A stretch of 40,000 nt of DNA from Serratia phage vB_SmaM-Kodama: sequence record ON287376.1; one strand, given 5' to 3'. A program made the position numbers and the translations under genes. Positions within the stretch are counted from its first letter, which is position 1, and every line of letters starts with the position of its first letter. Below the pieces are notes generated by a model. That model searched no databases, was not told the origin of the DNA, and saw only the letters and a list, made by a program, of their open reading frames with translations. Below are positions 34,510-40,000 of the stretch, in pieces.

Positions 34510-37500
34510 CTATCGTGTCACTCGGGTATCGAACGGCAAACCGCCGGTCTTCTCTGGCATCCCTCCAGAAGTCGATGTCCGACGAAGTAAATCATCGGTA
34601 TCAGAGTTCTTGGAGTTAGCCGGGATGTCTTCACCTTGAGTCCTACTTCCTTTTAAGTGCTTAAGGAGAGCATTGAGAATACCTGTGGTGTTTTCGCTGG
34701 TCAGTTTCTGATAAGTGAGTGAATCCTTCATAAAATCAACAGAGCTCATCTCACTCTTCGTTTTCTCCCTCACGACTTCTTGTCTACGAGTGACAGAGCT
34801 GCGTTGGAGTTCACGACTTTCATTACGCTGATCTTGCGCTGCAGCAATCTCCGGGGCCACAGTACTCGGTGCAGTGATAGTTGGAACCGTATCAGTAGAA
34901 CCGGTAAAGTTAGGCGTACCCAACGTACTACCTTTAGGCAAGGCACCTTTAGGATCGAACGGGGTAGGAGTTGATGCAGTAGCACCAGGGGTAGTTGGCG
35001 TTTCAGCAGGGAGCGCCGGAGTAGTTGGCGTACCACCTACGTTACGATCGCCCGCTTCGGAAGCAGCACGATTAGACAGAGCGTTAGCTTCATCCACGTA
35101 CTGACCACCATTACGGTTCAGATAACCGGACAGACTTCTCCGGAAATCACCGACCGTTCTAACACCGTTAAAGATCTCCGGGTTAGCCTTAGATACCTTA
35201 TCGTAGTCGGTCATCGCCTGACGAATATCCGTATCGTCAGATTTACTTAGCATCTTACGTGCACCGCCCGTTCCTAGGAAGTGAGCAGCGTAGAGGTCTT
35301 CTGCAGTCAATGGACGACCAATGCTACCTAAAGCTTCTTGGTTCTTACGCATGTACTCAGCTGTGGCTAACATGTTAGCACGAGGATCCATCTGAGTAGC
35401 GTTAGGGTTAACTCCGTACTTCTTAACCAGAGTAGGGAGTATTTCCTTCCAAGTCGAGTCGATGAACTGACCGAAACCTGCGGCACTGGACTTAGGGTTT
35501 TTGGCAGCCGGGTTAAACCTCGACTCCTGTGCAACCATCGCAGCAAGAGCACCGGCATCCACACCTACCATCCGAGCAGCAGCCACGATGAGATCGCGGT
35601 TCTCTGCCCAACCTCTGCCCTGGGACTGAGGAAGGTCATTTACGCTACCGCCAGTACCTGTACCATGTTGCAACTCATTACCGTAGATACCTGAAGTCCC
35701 AGCGTTCTCGAACGACGTGCCCGTAGTACCGTAACTGGTTGAGTACGAGTTAGTGTTACCACCTTGAGCGGATCCACTGTACTTGCCAGAAACAGCAATC
35801 TGGTTTTGCAACGCCATCTTAATCGCTTGACCCGTCTTAGTGTCGTCAAGTTTCTTACCGTCAAAGGTAGTCTTGTCGATCTCTTTCTGGGTACGGACTT
35901 TCTCTTGATAAACTTCTTTCTTAGACTGATCCCTCAACGAGTCGAGGTTATCGTTCACGGAACTGGAATCCGCATTCATCCGACGACCTGGCCATGGAGA
36001 CGCCAGTACTTGCCAGACAGAATACGTATTACCATTGAACTCAGTCTTAGCGCCAACCAGGAAGTTAGCAATCTTCAAGAGATCACTAGACTTAAGCGTT
36101 TTCCAAGAATCAATAGGAGATGTCTGTGGAGAAATCTTTTTAGCCTGAGCGCAGAAGTTCAAGAAGGCCGGTAAGAAACGATGCTGGAACCAAGTCATCC
36201 AGTTAGTCTTCGCTTCCTTATCTGCGGTGTTGATACCAAACCGAGGTGCCCACAATGCGAAGGTTTTATCCATGTCACCATTGAAGGTAGCTTGGAACTT
36301 AGCATTGTACTGAACCTGTTTAATCAGCTCGGATTCCATTACCAGCAGCAAGTTGACTTCTTCTTTCACTAATTGATTAAGACCATACGTTTTTACACGG
36401 ATAGAACTGAGGTCATCAATTCGGTTAGAGATTTGGATCATCTCGTCTTGCTGGACGTTACCCGTGATACCGCCAGGAATACTGACTTTATCACCTGGGC
36501 TGTAGAACAGATCAGTTGATGGGTTAATGGCACGGTCATCTTGCTGTTGCATATTGCGCAGGGCATTCTGAACAGGAGTGATCGGCTTAGTCGCAAACGT
36601 ACTCTTAGCTTGGTCGACAGATTTCTTCGACTGGTACGCCTTCTCTTGCTGGGAATATTTCTCGATAACGATATCGCGGTATTTAGCCGGATAGCCAGAG
36701 CCTACAACAGAACGCTTACCAGGGAACGGTGAGGCGGAGATGTTGTAAGGTGAGTTTTCACCAGAACTTTCGATAAAGGTTTCCCTTGCGAACTGTGGTC
36801 GTTGTCCAGGTTCGAGGAAGTCAGCATCAGTCAACTTAGCTTTAGGATCCATCTTACGGAGTACCGTAAGGTTCTTAGAGAACACCGGAACAAAGCGTTT
36901 GTTGTACCAACGCATCCACTCTACGACCTGACGTTGGTTTTGCAACTCAATACCGAACGACTCGAGGAGAGACTCGAACTCAAGAGAGCCAATACGAACA
37001 CCGCCGTTAGGCATGACCGTCGTTTTCTTGAGTACAGCTTCTTCTAACGCCAAGATCTTACCGCGAGATTCACCATCGTTAACATCGGCACCATATTGAG
37101 CAATGCGATAGTCACGAAGTGGAGTCATGCGGTTACTGTACATCTGCCAACCTTTATAGATCAGGTAACCTGTACCTGCTACAGCAGCGGCAATAGCCAG
37201 ACCAGGAGCAGAGACTAATCCACCGAGTGCAGCTGCACCCATACGGAGAACTGTACCTGCGCCACCTAATGCAAAGCGACCTGCTGCCAATGCACCGCGA
37301 CCAGCCAAACGACCAACCTTACCTAAGAGACGACCACCACGACGAAGGATACCGCCTTTACGACCACCGCCTGCCAAATCACCGATGTCACCTAGAGCAT
37401 CAGCACCTTTACGAAGCGCCAACCATTTAGGCAAGTCTTTGATCCAACCTGCGAATTTACCCAGACCAGAACGAATGCCGCCAATAGCAGCACCGATACC

Positions 37501-39918
37501 AGACAGAGCCATCCAGATAAGTTTAGACCAGCCGCCCTCAGTCTTAGCAGCAACCTTCTCAGCTTTGGCTACGTCTGCAGCTTTCCCGCCGTTATCTTTC
37601 AAACGGTTTAACCAACTACCTGCACGAGCACTTAAACGTTCTCTGATGTCATTAGCACGATCGATAGAGTTCTTACCGACATTACGTGCCCAACCGGTCA
37701 GTTTGGAAAGCGCACCTTGACCACCGCTACGCAGATCCTCTACGCTATCACCCAACCCTTCCAACGGATTCTGTCCAGTGAATTGGTTAGCTAACAGACG
37801 ATAGATACGTTTCAGCCAGAAGGTTTGTTTATCGGTACCTTTACCGCCACGACGACCAATGCCAGTAATTGCACCCAGGGCATTACCTGCCATGTTTACA
37901 ACACCGTTAGCCGCTCTCCATGGAAGACTCAGGAGATCTTTACCGATACGGAACGCAGTACCAACACCGCCGGTAATTAACGCCCCTACGGTACCGTAGC
38001 CGCTACGGATAGGTTTACCTGAACGATCTACAATCCCCTTCTCGCGAATCTCGCTATCGAGCAGTACAGGACGCAATTGACGGGTAGTAGGATCCATCTC
38101 ACCGATGTCGCCAACAATGTCCCTTGGACTACGAACAATCTTGCCTGTAGCGATTTGATAGTATTCACCAGCATTCAGCTTAGAGCTGTAAAGCCGGGGA
38201 GCCTTCTCACCTGCTACGTAAACATCAGGCATTCTGCTCAGCAGTCGTTTGGCCGTATTAAGGAAACCGCGCGCAACACCAGTAGCCATCCTGAAAGGAG
38301 CACCTGTTGCGTTGTGGATACCGGCAACTACTTTACCTACTGTACCAAAGATATTGGCAGAGAGGCGTTTACCGTCCTTATTGAACAGACCTTGTTTGAC
38401 ATCGTCTGCACTCAGAACTTGTGTTTGCTCAACGGTATCAAATACCGGACCGGTGATATCCTTAATAGAGGAAATAACTTTACCGGAGTTCTGATCAATG
38501 TACCGACCAGTCCCGAAGCCTTCCTTACTGATGACCTTTTTAAATCCTTGAGCACCTTGGATGTAAACGTCACTGAACCGATCACGAGCACGACCAATTA
38601 CACCAGTCAATCCACCGGTGAGAACGTTCATGGCAGTACGACCTACCGCCATAGCAGGAGAGATCGATTTGCGCAGAGCGGCATTGAATGCACGGAAAGG
38701 TAATCCAGTAGCGTTCCATACTGCTTTATGCCCACGCCATGCTGTGCTGAGAGCACGTCTCCACCAAGGACCGCGAGCAGCACTTGAAGTAGAGGAGCCC
38801 GTACCTTCTCCACCACCGCCTGAACCACCACCCATACCGCCAGCGGCGATGATAGACCGGATAGCTTCAACGTTGTCAGCCAACGAACCTACAGCGTGAT
38901 GCGTGAACTCTTGTTGGATACCCAACTGAGCCAACAACTTAGCCGTTTGTTCTTCAATGGCAGAAACTACCCCGTTACCTTTCTCAGCTTGTCGACGACG
39001 AGTGAGGTCAAGTATCGAATTGTTGTCAACCCGAGCAGAATAGTTAATAGAACTAGGTCCAGGATAATTACGAAGCTGGCTAAAACGAGCAGCACCAAGA
39101 GGCCCAGTGTTTCCAGAAAGCAACGACGAAATAGATGGAGCTTGTGACGGAGATCCTGATAAACCGCCTTCACCATTTTCAACCCCTTCATTATCAGTAC
39201 GATTACCGTAGTAGTCAGGATTGATATCCCAACGACCGTTACGGAACTTAACTGCGCCTGTTGCAATTAATGCTTCGATTCCACCGGTACTCGCCAACGC
39301 ATGTGCACGATTATAAATCCCAACGGTTTGGTTTGAACCGTAGTTGAATAACCCAGCATCACGGTTAAGGTTTTGGTTACGACCAGAGAAGATGTTAGTC
39401 GAATAACGACCATCATTACCCTGAGTCATCCCGTAGCGCTCTACGAGGAGTTTACGCCACGTATCCTTATCGGCTTCGGACATACCGGAAACGTTTAAGT
39501 TCATGAGCTTGTTAGGGTTGAACGCAGCACTGGTTCTGCCCCGACGCATCAGCTCACGAATAATAGCGTCCCTACCTTGAGGACTCAACGAATCGTTAGG
39601 GTCAATCGACTTCAATAAAGAAGACATGGTACGACGCTGACGTTCGATCTCATCTTTACCGATGAGAGAATTATGCGTGTCTTCTACGGACTCGTTAAAT
39701 GTCGTGAATGTACCACGTTGTTGATTGTAAACGACGCGAGGAGTATTTTTATCTCCAGTACGGATACCATCGATACTATGTAATATCCGCGAGAGGTAGC
39801 CTGGAATAATCTCTTCCAGAGCACGGAGTTTACGATCTTCAAAACCGATCGCACTATCCTTCAGTCCATTGAGTCCAGTTGCTCTTACGGTTCCCTGGTC
39901 ACGGTACCCTGAACGCAA
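34510..39918 (-). CDS. giant virion/tail protein with lytic transglycosylase (SLT) domain (1802 aa)
   Basis: MVGVDAGALAAMVAQESRFNPAAKNPKSSAAGFGQFIDSTWKEI...DPRANMLATAEYM...LYAAHFLGTGGA: Slt-type catalytic Glu and surrounding motifs; hydrophobic segments in the middle. Confidence 0.8.
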   Translation of the reverse strand: MRSGYRDQGTVRATGLNGLKDSAIGFEDRKLRALEEIIPGYLSRILHSIDGIRTGDKNTPRVVYNQQRGTFTTFNESVEDTHNSLIGKDEIERQRRTMSSLLKSIDPNDSLSPQGRDAIIRELMRRGRTSAAFNPNKLMNLNVSGMSEADKDTWRKLLVERYGMTQGNDGRYSTNIFSGRNQNLNRDAGLFNYGSNQTVGIYNRAHALASTGGIEALIATGAVKFRNGRWDINPDYYGNRTDNEGVENGEGGLSGSPSQAPSISSLLSGNTGPLGAARFSQLRNYPGPSSINYSARVDNNSILDLTRRRQAEKGNGVVSAIEEQTAKLLAQLGIQQEFTHHAVGSLADNVEAIRSIIAAGGMGGGSGGGGEGTGSSTSSAARGPWWRRALSTAWRGHKAVWNATGLPFRAFNAALRKSISPAMAVGRTAMNVLTGGLTGVIGRARDRFSDVYIQGAQGFKKVISKEGFGTGRYIDQNSGKVISSIKDITGPVFDTVEQTQVLSADDVKQGLFNKDGKRLSANIFGTVGKVVAGIHNATGAPFRMATGVARGFLNTAKRLLSRMPDVYVAGEKAPRLYSSKLNAGEYYQIATGKIVRSPRDIVGDIGEMDPTTRQLRPVLLDSEIREKGIVDRSGKPIRSGYGTVGALITGGVGTAFRIGKDLLSLPWRAANGVVNMAGNALGAITGIGRRGGKGTDKQTFWLKRIYRLLANQFTGQNPLEGLGDSVEDLRSGGQGALSKLTGWARNVGKNSIDRANDIRERLSARAGSWLNRLKDNGGKAADVAKAEKVAAKTEGGWSKLIWMALSGIGAAIGGIRSGLGKFAGWIKDLPKWLALRKGADALGDIGDLAGGGRKGGILRRGGRLLGKVGRLAGRGALAAGRFALGGAGTVLRMGAAALGGLVSAPGLAIAAAVAGTGYLIYKGWQMYSNRMTPLRDYRIAQYGADVNDGESRGKILALEEAVLKKTTVMPNGGVRIGSLEFESLLESFGIELQNQRQVVEWMRWYNKRFVPVFSKNLTVLRKMDPKAKLTDADFLEPGQRPQFARETFIESSGENSPYNISASPFPGKRSVVGSGYPAKYRDIVIEKYSQQEKAYQSKKSVDQAKSTFATKPITPVQNALRNMQQQDDRAINPSTDLFYSPGDKVSIPGGITGNVQQDEMIQISNRIDDLSSIRVKTYGLNQLVKEEVNLLLVMESELIKQVQYNAKFQATFNGDMDKTFALWAPRFGINTADKEAKTNWMTWFQHRFLPAFLNFCAQAKKISPQTSPIDSWKTLKSSDLLKIANFLVGAKTEFNGNTYSVWQVLASPWPGRRMNADSSSVNDNLDSLRDQSKKEVYQEKVRTQKEIDKTTFDGKKLDDTKTGQAIKMALQNQIAVSGKYSGSAQGGNTNSYSTSYGTTGTSFENAGTSGIYGNELQHGTGTGGSVNDLPQSQGRGWAENRDLIVAAARMVGVDAGALAAMVAQESRFNPAAKNPKSSAAGFGQFIDSTWKEILPTLVKKYGVNPNATQMDPRANMLATAEYMRKNQEALGSIGRPLTAEDLYAAHFLGTGGARKMLSKSDDTDIRQAMTDYDKVSKANPEIFNGVRTVGDFRRSLSGYLNRNGGQYVDEANALSNRAASEAGDRNVGGTPTTPALPAETPTTPGATASTPTPFDPKGALPKGSTLGTPNFTGSTDTVPTITAPSTVAPEIAAAQDQRNESRELQRSSVTRRQEVVREKTKSEMSSVDFMKDSLTYQKLTSENTTGILNALLKHLKGSRTQGEDIPANSKNSDTDDLLRRTSTSGGMPEKTGGLPFDTRVTR

Positions 39919-40000
39919 TACGTCTTTCAGGAGATTCGTTACCGGGGAATGCCAACGGCCGTATGATTGACCGCTACTACCGTATTCGGAAAGCAGACGT

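Noticed and set aside
38077-38703. 208 aa plus-strand ORF (and other plus ORFs between 34770 and 39147)
   Set aside because: All antisense to the 1802 aa gene, which has SLT-domain homology; composition is shadow-like.
1-40000. tRNA, rRNA, retron, toxin-antitoxin or named defence system
   Set aside because: Intergenic gaps are mostly short; I found no cloverleaf, no reverse transcriptase YxDD context and no recognised defence domain set, so none is claimed.

Overview
The window is a gene-dense segment of a large tailed-phage (jumbo myovirus-like) genome. Genes lie on both strands in short units, often separated by intrinsic-terminator-like hairpins. Supported functions: several virion structural proteins; two tandem paralogous tail fibres with NPHxVTxxQVGLG repeats; a baseplate spike-like protein; a giant (1802 aa) virion protein with a lytic transglycosylase domain; a RuvC-like resolvase overlapping a thymidylate kinase; a Rad50/SbcC-like ATPase with a CPQC zinc hook; an RNase HI-like protein with a large uncharacterised C-terminal region; a UvsX/RecA-like ATPase with an FKS-type P-loop; a SLOG/DUF2493-like protein; and two HNH-homing-endonuclease-like genes around a small ORF. 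Most notable: (1) a 224-260 aa protein that aligns by eye with the C-terminal end of bacterial RpoB, suggesting a split multisubunit phage RNA polymerase as in phiKZ-like phages; (2) an Rz/Rz1-like spanin pair with the lipoprotein o-spanin fully embedded in the i-spanin gene; (3) a self-contained, AT-richer, moron-like unit encoding an unknown 328 aa protein; (4) a 252 aa protein made of two ~102 aa duplicated domains; (5) a 53 aa two-helix membrane ORF missing from the ORF track. I see no CRISPR array, tRNA or rRNA. All family calls are from reading motifs; no searches were run.
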